A stretch of DNA of 25,596 bases from a virus. Taxonomy: Duplodnaviria; Caudoviricetes. How positions within the stretch are numbered: position 1 is the first letter of the stretch; the number at the start of each line of letters is the position of its first letter. The notes under the pieces were generated by a model, which saw only the letters and a list, made by a program, of their open reading frames with translations, did not search any database and was not told where the DNA came from. Both the position numbers and the translations under genes were made by a program. Of the stretch, positions 1 through 8,102 are shown in pieces. The stretch lies in the IMG/VR virus record IMGVR_UViG_3300030330_000138, positions 1 to 25,596 of that record; one strand, written 5' to 3'.

Positions 1-36
1 AAACTGGTCAGTACAAATACAAAAAGAATATAGAAA

Positions 37-471
37 ATGAAAGATGCAAGTCACTTCATACGAAAACAAGTTTTTGATGCACTTAATGGCAACATAACAC
101 TTAACTCTGCAAATGTACCAGTACATAATGTTGTGCCTTCATCAGCGACCACGCCATATATCTTAATAACATCTGTATCAAATTCTATAGCAGAAGATAT
201 TAAAGACACTTATCTAAATGAAATAATTACTGATGTAGAGATTGTTACTGCATTTGATACTAATACTGGAGGACAGTTAGATGCAAACTTAGCTATGAAT
301 CAGATCACACAAATACTTGTTGATAGGACATCGTTCTTTGATATGGCTTCTAACAACTTTAAATGTATTTCTGCACAAAGTAATGGTGTAGCTTATATAA
401 CGGTTGATACGGACACAGAAACGATTTATAGAGGTATTTTAACACTATCAAACCTTGTTGAGGAATTATGA
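37..471 (+). CDS. Tail completion/terminator protein (DUF3168 / gp17-like)
   Basis: 144 aa; 'VPVHNVVP....PYILI' N-terminal motif and C-terminal 'YRGILTL' strand typical of tail terminators; lies in the late structural operon. Confidence 0.7.
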   Translation: MKDASHFIRKQVFDALNGNITLNSANVPVHNVVPSSATTPYILITSVSNSIAEDIKDTYLNEIITDVEIVTAFDTNTGGQLDANLAMNQITQILVDRTSFFDMASNNFKCISAQSNGVAYITVDTDTETIYRGILTLSNLVEEL

Positions 472-953
472 GATTAGAATTATATAGATTTAGTTCACAA
501 AAAGAAAGTACCTTAGGGTTATTATTTTTAGTGAACGATGAAACAAACCAAAAAGATTTTCTATGCTTTACTCTCGAAGATGAAAAACGTGAGGTCAAAG
601 TTTATGGAGAAACTCGCATACCTCAAGGCACTTATCAAATTAAATACAGAACGGAAGGAGGTTATTTCGCTAAATACAAGAAAAGGTTTCCTGATCTTCA
701 CAATGATTCAAGAGGTGTCTTACACATTACTGATGTTCCTAATTTTAAGTATATTTTGCTTCATTGTGGTAATTCTGCTGACGATTCGGATGGTTGCATC
801 ATATTGGGAAATGTGGTATCGCAAAATATTACGAAAGATGGATTTCTAGGACAATCTACCGATTGTTATAAAAGAATTTATCCAATACTAGCAGAAATTT
901 TAGATACGCAAAAACATCTATCAATTAAAATAATTAATTTTGAAGAAATCTAA
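468..953 (+). CDS. DUF5675-family putative endolysin (L,D-transpeptidase/carboxypeptidase-like)
   Basis: Motifs 'L.R......STLG.L', 'CFTLED', 'ETRIP.GTY', 'VPNF..ILLH.GN...DSDGCIILG'; ATGA overlap with upstream gene; near a holin. Confidence 0.8.
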   Translation: MRLELYRFSSQKESTLGLLFLVNDETNQKDFLCFTLEDEKREVKVYGETRIPQGTYQIKYRTEGGYFAKYKKRFPDLHNDSRGVLHITDVPNFKYILLHCGNSADDSDGCIILGNVVSQNITKDGFLGQSTDCYKRIYPILAEILDTQKHLSIKIINFEEI

Positions 954-969
954 ATCAAAAAAAAATATT

Positions 970-1275
970 ATGCCTAAAGAAATACTAGACAAAAAAGTAG
1001 CTATTGATCTTGATTCAGATGGTCGAAGCGATATAAAATTAGACATCAAGTTCATCGGACTTTTGGTCGGTGGTATCATATCACTTACAATGACATATTC
1101 ACAATTAACGGCAGAGATAGAAGTTGCTAAAACACTTCCTGAATATAAAATTGAACAAGATGATACTAAAGTAATCAATCAAAAAATTGATTATCTAATA
1201 AAAGAATTAGAAAAATACGAAGAACAAACTAATAGAAGATTAAATAGTTTAGAGGATAAGGTGTATAAGAAATGA
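970..1275 (+). CDS. Single-pass membrane protein with coiled-coil C-terminus (lysis-cassette accessory)
   Basis: ATG at 970 preferred over TTG at 940, which overlaps the upstream gene; DLDSDG motif, hydrophobic FIGLLVGGIISLTMTY, heptad-rich tail. Confidence 0.65.
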   Translation: MPKEILDKKVAIDLDSDGRSDIKLDIKFIGLLVGGIISLTMTYSQLTAEIEVAKTLPEYKIEQDDTKVINQKIDYLIKELEKYEEQTNRRLNSLEDKVYKK

Positions 1276-1346
1276 ATCCTAGAACTAAATTTGCTATAGT
1301 ATTATTATTTTTATTTTTTATATTAACAATATTTATTCAAAGTTAA
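1272..1346 (+). CDS. 24-aa transmembrane micropeptide (MNPRTKFAIVLLFLFFILTIFIQS)
   Basis: Translated by hand; ATGA overlap with the upstream stop, and its TAA abuts the ATG at 1347. Confidence 0.6.
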   Translation: MNPRTKFAIVLLFLFFILTIFIQS

Positions 1347-1538
1347 ATGAAGTTATTAAGCGATATATCTTTATCAGAAGCTGATGTAAATAAACAGCTA
1401 AAAACTACACAGACAATATCTAAGATTAATACATTGATGGATGTTGCAGATGGTCTTAAAGAATGGGAGGGTGTACAAAGGATAGAAATATTTTTAAGAA
1501 TAGAACATAAATTAATTGATTTAATAGATGACTTGTAA
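1347..1538 (+). CDS. Hypothetical protein, 63 aa
   Basis: Tiles exactly between neighbouring ORFs; helical-looking sequence. Confidence 0.6.
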   Translation: MKLLSDISLSEADVNKQLKTTQTISKINTLMDVADGLKEWEGVQRIEIFLRIEHKLIDLIDDL

Positions 1539-1627
1539 TGGATGTATTTTTATTGGGAACTGTTCTTCTTATTGCATTTATGTATAGTGCTTTTCTTATC
1601 TATATATGGACTAACGATAAAAAATGA
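1538..1627 (+). CDS. 29-aa transmembrane micropeptide (MDVFLLGTVLLIAFMYSAFLIYIWTNDKK)
   Basis: TAATG overlap at the start and ATGA overlap with the holin start; one hydrophobic helix. Confidence 0.6.
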   Translation: MDVFLLGTVLLIAFMYSAFLIYIWTNDKK

Positions 1628-2025
1628 ACAAAATAATAACTAAGATATTTGGTGATGCAGGTGTTAGTGTTGTTGATAAGATAGCAGGTGTTGCAGATCG
1701 TTTTATAAGAACGAAAGACGAGAAAGCAAAATTTCAAAAAGAGATGGAACAAATTTGGATTCAAGCTGAATCTGATATGCAAAAAAATGTTACTGAGAGA
1801 TGGAAGTACGATATGATTAATGGTAACGTACTTAGTAAATCGGTAAGGCCTATTGTACTTCTTTTCTTAATATTTTCTATAATAATTTTAGTATTTGTAG
1901 ATTCTGCTAGTATAAAGTTTGAAGTATCTAGCGAATGGCTAGAACTTTTAAAATTACTTCTGACTGTTACTGTATCTGCTTATTTCGGAGGAAGGTCATA
2001 CGAAAAGGTGAAGAACAATGGCTAA
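1624..2025 (+). CDS. Holin (3TM / GTA-holin-like family)
   Basis: 'D.FI.TK.EK', 'VTERW..DM', 'LSK.VRP', two C-terminal hydrophobic helices, 'AYFGGRS.EK' ending. Confidence 0.8.
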   Translation: MNKIITKIFGDAGVSVVDKIAGVADRFIRTKDEKAKFQKEMEQIWIQAESDMQKNVTERWKYDMINGNVLSKSVRPIVLLFLIFSIIILVFVDSASIKFEVSSEWLELLKLLLTVTVSAYFGGRSYEKVKNNG

Positions 2026-2158
2026 AAGATTTTATCCAAAGGCATACGAAAAGAAACCAAAGAAAAAAAGAAAAGGAATACATAGTAAAAATAGAAATAC
2101 AAATAATAAAAACGGTAAATACTATAGTGGCACAAAATACAGAGGACAAGGAAGGTAA
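2018..2158 (+). CDS. 46-aa highly basic peptide ending YRGQGR
   Basis: MAKRFYPKAYEKKPKKKRKGIHSKNRNTNNKNGKYYSGTKYRGQGR; overlaps the holin end; resembles small basic ..YRGQG[RK] peptides of marine phages; absent from the ORF track. Confidence 0.7.
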   Translation: MAKRFYPKAYEKKPKKKRKGIHSKNRNTNNKNGKYYSGTKYRGQGR

Positions 2159-2552
2159 GATTTGTGCAACTTGCAATAAGTATAAACCTTTATCTCGTTA
2201 CTATAAAAGACAGAATAAGAAACCTGAAATACATTGTCGAGATTGCAGAAATAAAAAACGTGAAGAAAACCATAGACATTGGAAACAACAATTCATATAT
2301 AAACTATCAACACACATAGATATTAAATGTGTTCGTTGTGGATACGATAAGAATTTTAGTGCTTTAGACTTTCACCATACAAAAAGAAAAAAGTTTGCAA
2401 TAGCTAGAGAGATCAGAAACTTATCAAAAAAAAGTTTTTATGATGGTAAAGTTGATCGTATATTAACAGAGATAATGAGCAAATGTGAAGTGCTATGTTC
2501 TAACTGTCATCGTGAACATCATAACAAGCATATAATGAAAATGAAAAAATAG
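2127..2552 (+). CDS. HNH endonuclease with N-terminal Zn-finger
   Basis: CxxC...CxxC, then C..CG, 'LDFHH', 'C.VLCSNCHREHH'; likely start is GTG at 2127 rather than 1935. Confidence 0.8.
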   Translation: MAQNTEDKEGKICATCNKYKPLSRYYKRQNKKPEIHCRDCRNKKREENHRHWKQQFIYKLSTHIDIKCVRCGYDKNFSALDFHHTKRKKFAIAREIRNLSKKSFYDGKVDRILTEIMSKCEVLCSNCHREHHNKHIMKMKK

Positions 2553-2560
2553 TATATTTG
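2553..2560 (+). promoter_or_regulatory. Bacteroidota-type -7 promoter box (TATATTTG)
   Basis: Matches TAnnTTTG, 16 nt before the tail fibre ATG. Confidence 0.5.
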
Positions 2561-2576
2561 TAAATAAAATAATCTT

Positions 2577-5500
2577 ATGGGTACAGCACTTACTGGAAAT
2601 ACTATAGCATCCTCGTATTTAGGACTTTTAAAAAGCACAGATTCATTAGCGATAGGTGGAACAAAAAAAATAATTACAGATGGTGCAGGTAATAATCTTC
2701 CATTTGGCATTTCAACATCATCCTTTACATTTAATGCAGGTGCAGTCGATGTTCCTACTCTATCTATTGGAACAATAAATGAAGGATTTTATCAACCTGC
2801 TGATGAAACTATTGGTGTTACTGTTAATGGTACAGAAGTTGCAAGATTTTCAACTACTGGATTAAGTTTAACATCAAATGGTTCAACTGGACTATTTGTA
2901 AATCGAACAACAAGTGATGGAAGTATTATTACTTTACAAAGCTCTGGAACAGCTATTGGTATATTTAGTTCAGGTTTATCAGGTTCAACTAAAGTATTAA
3001 AAATAGACAGTAATACATCTGATGGAGAAATTAGATTTCAAACAAGTGGTCAACCAAGATTACAAATTAAAAATAATGGTCAATTACAATTTAATAATTA
3101 TGGTGGTGGTTCTATTACTGGAACAGTAACGCAAAGACTTGGTGTAACTTCATCAGGTCAAGTTGTTGAGATTCCTATTGGTGCAGGAGCTTTGGATGGT
3201 TCAGGTACAGCAGGAAAACTAGCAAAATTCACGGATTCAGATACGCTTGGTGATTCTCTATTAACTGAAAGTACAAATAGTGTTAGTTTAGCTGATAATA
3301 AAGAATTAATACTTGGTAATGATTCTGATTTAACAATAAAACATTCAAGCACTGGTAACCAAAACTTAATTAAAAGCGACACTCATCAATTATTTATAAC
3401 TTCTGATGTAGGTATGGAATTAGCTGATAATGGTGGTAAATCATATTTTGAAGCTACGGAGGGTGGAAGTTCAAGATTATTTTTTAATAATTCAAAAAAA
3501 ATAGAGACAACTAATACTGGAGCGGACATAACTGGAACAATAACAACAACTGGTAGCGTATCAGTAGGAGATTCTATCACTCTTGCAGATAATAATAAAA
3601 TAAAGCTAGGTAGTAGTGCAGATTTAGAGATATTTCACTCTGGTGATGATAGTTTTATAAAAGATGTTGGCACAGGTAGTTTATTTATAGATACTGATGG
3701 GACTGCAATTCAACTAACGTCAAGTAGCACTTCAAAAAATATGCTAAGAGGTATTAAAGATGGTGCAGTTGAATTATATCACAATAATTCTAAACGCTTA
3801 GAGACCACAAGTACAGGTATAAATGTAACTGGTGATATAATTGCAAAAGAAGGTGTACAATCATCAAAATTTGAAACAGATGGAAATGATTTAGTATTAT
3901 CTGCTAATACAACTCAAACAAATGTAAGCCCAAACATTATATTTAAAAGTTCTGTATCTGGGGGAAGTATAAGTGAACGTATGAGAATTGATTCTGGTGG
4001 TAGGTTAGGTTTAAAAGAATCATCACCAACAACATTTTTAGATGTTCGTGGGGATAGTACGGCATTACCCACATCATCAGGAACATCTGTTAGTGCAGGA
4101 ACAAGAACAAGATTAGGTTCGACAGCAACTTCAACATTAACTGCTGTTTTAGATTTTGGTATTGGTACATCATCAAGAGCTTGGATACAATCAACTGACA
4201 GAACAGATTTAAGTGCAATAAATCCTCTTTTATTAAATCCTAATGGAGGTAATGTTGGTATAAATACTGGAACAAATACACCCTCTGTAGCTTTAGATGT
4301 TGGTGGGGATGCAACTTTTACTGGTAATTTGTTTGCAAGAAGAGGAAGTTTTGGAACAGCCTCAAATTTTAATTTTGATTTATATAATAATGGAATAAGT
4401 TATTTTAATGGTGAAGTAACAATAGACGATAGTGCTAGTGTAAGTGGAGATTTGCTTGTGGGTAAAACTTCAAATGATATATCAGTAGCTGGTGCAAAAA
4501 TAGGTGCAAGTACAGGTTCAAACTTTACAAGAGATAGTGCTGAAGTTGTTTTTGTTAACAGAACAACTGATAATGGAAAAGCCATAACAATAGCAAAAGA
4601 TGGTACTGCTGTAGGTGTAATTGGTACTGAAAAATGGGGAATTGGTACTGCTACACCTGCGTTTGCTAGTGGAAGTGGTTTAGAAATACAAAAAGCAGGA
4701 ATAGCTACATTAAGATTACAAAATTCAAATAGCAAGTCTGTAGAATTAACACAAGACGCAGATTTTAAAATAGCGTCTATGAATAGTAGTTCTAATATAT
4801 TATTTATACCTACTGAGAACGTAGGAATTGGAAATACGAATCCACAAGCTAAATTACATATCACTGGAACTGAAAACACAGACGATACAAAATTATATTT
4901 AACTGAAAATAATAGTCTTTTAGGAGGATATTTTAAATATAATGGTGACGCTAATATAAATTTTATAGGGGGGTTAGATACCACTGAAAAACCAGTAATC
5001 AGGTTTCCTAGGGATGGAAGCGAGTTAAGGTTTTTAACTTCATCATCAGAGCGTATGAGACTGGATTCTAACGGTAACGTAGGAATTGGAGTTGAACCTG
5101 AAACAGATTGGCACTCAACTTATAAAGCATTACAATTAAATACAGCTAGTGCTTTTGCTTCTTATGGAAGTGGTACAACTTTTGGAACTGTTATATCAAC
5201 TAACCAAAGAACAGTTGGAAATACTTTTGTTCAGAATAATAAATATATAGCTTCAGCACCTGCACAGTTATATTTACAAGATAATTCAGGTAATCATATT
5301 TGGTACAATGCACCTTCAGGTACAGAAGATGACACTATTACTTGGTCTGAACGTATGGTTATAAATTCTAGTGGTTTTGTTGGTATTGGAACGACTAGTC
5401 CAAAACATTATTCAGGAACTACTGGTACAGTTTTATCTTTGCATAGTGCAACTCATAGAGGTATTTTAGAATTAAGTGGTGCATCAAATTCTGATGAAGC

Positions 5501-6419
5501 AATTATTGGTGCAATAACATTTGCTAACACAGAAAACACTTCGGCAAATGGTGCATTATCTCAAATTTTTACTTATACAGAGACAAGCGATTCAAATGCA
5601 GGTGATGATAGTGGTGGACATCTAGCATTTTTAACTAGACCCGAAGCAGGTACAATCACAGAACGTATGCGTATAGATTCTAGTGGGCAGATAACTAACA
5701 CAATGTCAGGCGGTACAGTTTCTACTGATATAAATGGGCATATAACAAGTTTTCAAACTTTAGATACTGCAACAGCAGGTGGAAGATTTATTGGTAAAAG
5801 CAATAGAGGTGTATTAGGTTCTATTCACATAGAACAAACAACAACAAGTGCCGATGGTGGATATATAGGTTTTGAAACTTCACCAAGTGGTTCAACTACG
5901 CCAACAGAACGTATGCGGATTTCAAGTGGGGGTGAAATACAAGTAGGTAACGCAGTTGGTGGTTCTGATGTTGATACTGGAACAAGAATTAGTGCAACCC
6001 AAATGAGACAATCAAACGCAGGAACTGGTGCTCACGATTTTCACGATTTTTATAGAGGCACAGAAGGTTCTTTATCAAGAGTTGGTAATATTCGTACCAC
6101 TGGTACTACAACTGCATACAATACTTCTTCTGATTACAGATTAAAAGAAGATTTACAAGATTTTAATGCTTTAGAGATTGCATCAAAAATTAAGATGTAC
6201 GACTTTAAATGGAAAGCAGATGATTCAAGAAGTTATGGTGTGATGGCACACGAACTTCAAGAAGTTTTACCACAAGCTGTAGCAGGAGAAAAAGACGCTA
6301 TTAACAAAGACGGTACTATAAATCCACAAGGAGTTGATTATAGTAAGTTAGTACCAATCTTACTAAAGTCAATACAAGAATTAGAAGCTAGAGTTCAAGA
6401 ACTAGAAAAAGAGATTTAA
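2577..6419 (+). CDS. Long mosaic tail fibre with C-terminal intramolecular chaperone (peptidase S74)
   Basis: 1280 aa, G/S/T-rich; repeated ERMRIDSSG and GNVGIG junctions; 'TSSDYRLKE', 'GVMAHELQEVLP.AV', 'VDYSKLVP.L.K.IQEL' chaperone motifs. Confidence 0.92.
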   Translation: MGTALTGNTIASSYLGLLKSTDSLAIGGTKKIITDGAGNNLPFGISTSSFTFNAGAVDVPTLSIGTINEGFYQPADETIGVTVNGTEVARFSTTGLSLTSNGSTGLFVNRTTSDGSIITLQSSGTAIGIFSSGLSGSTKVLKIDSNTSDGEIRFQTSGQPRLQIKNNGQLQFNNYGGGSITGTVTQRLGVTSSGQVVEIPIGAGALDGSGTAGKLAKFTDSDTLGDSLLTESTNSVSLADNKELILGNDSDLTIKHSSTGNQNLIKSDTHQLFITSDVGMELADNGGKSYFEATEGGSSRLFFNNSKKIETTNTGADITGTITTTGSVSVGDSITLADNNKIKLGSSADLEIFHSGDDSFIKDVGTGSLFIDTDGTAIQLTSSSTSKNMLRGIKDGAVELYHNNSKRLETTSTGINVTGDIIAKEGVQSSKFETDGNDLVLSANTTQTNVSPNIIFKSSVSGGSISERMRIDSGGRLGLKESSPTTFLDVRGDSTALPTSSGTSVSAGTRTRLGSTATSTLTAVLDFGIGTSSRAWIQSTDRTDLSAINPLLLNPNGGNVGINTGTNTPSVALDVGGDATFTGNLFARRGSFGTASNFNFDLYNNGISYFNGEVTIDDSASVSGDLLVGKTSNDISVAGAKIGASTGSNFTRDSAEVVFVNRTTDNGKAITIAKDGTAVGVIGTEKWGIGTATPAFASGSGLEIQKAGIATLRLQNSNSKSVELTQDADFKIASMNSSSNILFIPTENVGIGNTNPQAKLHITGTENTDDTKLYLTENNSLLGGYFKYNGDANINFIGGLDTTEKPVIRFPRDGSELRFLTSSSERMRLDSNGNVGIGVEPETDWHSTYKALQLNTASAFASYGSGTTFGTVISTNQRTVGNTFVQNNKYIASAPAQLYLQDNSGNHIWYNAPSGTEDDTITWSERMVINSSGFVGIGTTSPKHYSGTTGTVLSLHSATHRGILELSGASNSDEAIIGAITFANTENTSANGALSQIFTYTETSDSNAGDDSGGHLAFLTRPEAGTITERMRIDSSGQITNTMSGGTVSTDINGHITSFQTLDTATAGGRFIGKSNRGVLGSIHIEQTTTSADGGYIGFETSPSGSTTPTERMRISSGGEIQVGNAVGGSDVDTGTRISATQMRQSNAGTGAHDFHDFYRGTEGSLSRVGNIRTTGTTTAYNTSSDYRLKEDLQDFNALEIASKIKMYDFKWKADDSRSYGVMAHELQEVLPQAVAGEKDAINKDGTINPQGVDYSKLVPILLKSIQELEARVQELEKEI

Positions 6420-6427
6420 AAAATTAT

Positions 6428-6435
6428 TATATTTG
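6428..6435 (+). promoter_or_regulatory. Bacteroidota-type -7 promoter box (TATATTTG)
   Basis: TAnnTTTG in the intergenic gap before the ATG at 6457. Confidence 0.5.
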
Positions 6436-6456
6436 TTTAAATATTAAATTAAAATT

Positions 6457-6822
6457 ATGGCTAAATCAAAAAATACTTATTCGTGGAACTGTCGTACTGT
6501 CGATTGTTATACATCAAAAAAAGAAGGTGAAGAAACATATTCTGACGTTGTTTATAATATTCATTGGCGTTATACTGCAACTTCTGACAAAGTAGATTCA
6601 GAAGGTAATCCGTACGTAGCAACAAGCATTGGAACGCAATCAGTATCTACAGAAGACATCAAAGATTTTATACCTTTTGCAGACTTGTCTAATACTAAAG
6701 TTACTGAATGGTGTGAGACTGGTATTGGTGAAGAACAAGTTGCAAAGATGAAAGAAGGTTTAGATGCACAGATCGAAGAAAAAATAAATCCAACTCACGT
6801 TACACTTCAAGTTTCAGAATAA
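6457..6822 (+). CDS. Tail-fibre-associated hypothetical protein
   Basis: 'Y.W.....D', 'VV..IHW', 'FIPF..L....V..W' pattern typical of small genes next to marine phage fibres. Confidence 0.6.
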   Translation: MAKSKNTYSWNCRTVDCYTSKKEGEETYSDVVYNIHWRYTATSDKVDSEGNPYVATSIGTQSVSTEDIKDFIPFADLSNTKVTEWCETGIGEEQVAKMKEGLDAQIEEKINPTHVTLQVSE

Positions 6823-6891
6823 AAATAATTATACATTTTCTTATTTAAGTTTGTAATAATATTTGTATAACATTTTTAAATTTATAATATT

Positions 6892-7314
6892 ATGGCTTCG
6901 ACTGGACTTATGAATGGATCACTTCTTGTACTTCAGATCAGTACAGATGGAAATACCTTCACAAATCTCGGACATTCTACATCAGCATCATTGTCATTTA
7001 CTTTAGATACGCCTGAAGCGACTTCTAAAGATAGTGGTGGATATAGAGAGGTGATTGCAGGTGCAAGATCAATCGACATTAGTTTCGATTCTTTTGTTGC
7101 CTATGACGATACCGTAGATGTTGATACTATGATAGGACACGCAAATAATAGAACAAAAATTCACGCAAGATTTGGTACTGCCGTAAGTGGTGATACCACT
7201 TATGCAGTTCAAGGGTTTATTAGTTCTATTGATTATACAGCAGATGCAGAAGCACCAATTACGTTTAGTGGTACTTTTACATCAACTGGTGCTGTTTCTA
7301 TAGGTACAAACTAA
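6892..7314 (+). CDS. Major tail tube protein (TP901-1 / Phage_tail_2-like)
   Basis: 'NG..L.L', 'EATSKDSGGYRE.I.G.RS..IS', 'TFSGTF.STG' motifs; lies before the chaperone and tape measure. Confidence 0.85.
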   Translation: MASTGLMNGSLLVLQISTDGNTFTNLGHSTSASLSFTLDTPEATSKDSGGYREVIAGARSIDISFDSFVAYDDTVDVDTMIGHANNRTKIHARFGTAVSGDTTYAVQGFISSIDYTADAEAPITFSGTFTSTGAVSIGTN

Positions 7315-7352
7315 TATTTTTATATTAAAATTATTAATGTTAGTTTTACTTA

Positions 7353-7727
7353 ATGAATAGTAAAAGAGGTTACATTAAAATAGAGATTGGAGGGAAACAA
7401 AGAACCCTCCATTTTTCTATGAATTTTTGGTGTCACTTTACAGAAACTCTTGGCATCGGTCTTAATGATTTAGAAAAATACTTTACGGCAGATAACTTAA
7501 ATATATCATCAATAAGAGCATTGATTTATTCAGGTCTTATTGCTTATGATCAAGAAGAAAAGAATCCGATTGATTATACGATATATGATGTTGGTTCTTG
7601 GCTTGAAGATTTTGGTGCAGAGAAACTACAAAAAGTGATGTCTGCACTTACTGAATCAAGGATACTTGGTAACGATCTTAATATGGGAATACCAAGAGTA
7701 TCTAAGGAAGAATTAAAAAAAAAGTAG
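7353..7727 (+). CDS. Tail assembly chaperone (gpG-like)
   Basis: 'IEIGGK.R.L.F.MN'; between tail tube and tape measure; ends in a slippery A9G run. Confidence 0.8.
   Translation: MNSKRGYIKIEIGGKQRTLHFSMNFWCHFTETLGIGLNDLEKYFTADNLNISSIRALIYSGLIAYDQEEKNPIDYTIYDVGSWLEDFGAEKLQKVMSALTESRILGNDLNMGIPRVSKEELKKK
7715..7724 (+). other. Programmed -1 frameshift slippery site (A AAA AAG)
   Basis: TTA AAA AAA AAG TAG; the -1 frame is open from 7724 and continuous with ORF 7826-8071. Confidence 0.8.
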
Positions 7728-8071
7728 ATACTAATATTTGGGAAGACATATTAGATTTCTACATCGGTCAATGTGGTATCCATCCTGATACGTTTTGGAA
7801 AAATACGTTTGCAGAAAATACAAGAATGTCAGAGGCATTTCAAATACATCAAAACTTAGAATGGGAAAGGTTGCGTTATATATCAGCTATGCTTGTTAAT
7901 GTAAACGCTCAAAAAAGTTCACAACGCATACAACCAAATAAATTATTTAAACTACCACAAGACAACGCAGTTAAAAAGAAAGCATCAAAACCATTAACTA
8001 AAGATGAATTAGATAATGTTTTGAAAGACTGGGATAAGACGATGACCGAAGGTAAAATATCTAAGATGTAA
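7724..8071 (+). CDS. Tail assembly chaperone frameshift extension (gpT-like)
   Basis: -1 frame reads VDTNIWEDILDFYIGQCGIHPDTFWKNT..., with a 'GI.P..FW..T..E' gpT-like motif upstream of the annotated ATG at 7826. Confidence 0.75.
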   Translation, partial: VDTNIWEDILDFYIGQCGIHPDTFWKNTFAENTRMSEAFQIHQNLEWERLRYISAMLVNVNAQKSSQRIQPNKLFKLPQDNAVKKKASKPLTKDELDNVLKDWDKTMTEGKISKM

Positions 8072-8077
8072 AATATT

Positions 8078-8085
8078 TATATTTG
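8078..8085 (+). promoter_or_regulatory. Bacteroidota-type -7 promoter box (TATATTTG)
   Basis: TAnnTTTG 17 nt before the tape measure ATG. Confidence 0.5.
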
Positions 8086-8102
8086 TTACTAAATTCTAAT
8101 TT

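Noticed and set aside
1935-2126. N-terminal 64 codons of the 205-aa HNH ORF
   Set aside because: Overlaps the holin and the YRGQGR peptide in other frames; GTG at 2127 gives a clean Zn-finger/HNH protein
359-2710. Short alternative-frame or antisense ORFs (359-598, 538-849, 921-1178, 1600-1782, 1967-2176, 2519-2710)
   Set aside because: Overlap better-supported genes; 538-849 was considered as an embedded spanin but shows no N-terminal signal with a lipobox
4400-4984. 194-aa antisense ORF and other antisense ORFs in the fibre (3158-3382, 3386-3580)
   Set aside because: Shadow frames of a well-supported gene; no motifs
2577-6419. Diversity-generating retroelement or invertase shufflon acting on the fibre
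   Set aside because: No reverse transcriptase, no ~100-nt TR/VR pair and no site-specific recombinase seen in the window
7725-7727. TAG readthrough or stop-codon reassignment
   Set aside because: The downstream coding region is in the -1 frame, and the standard code gives dense intact genes throughout
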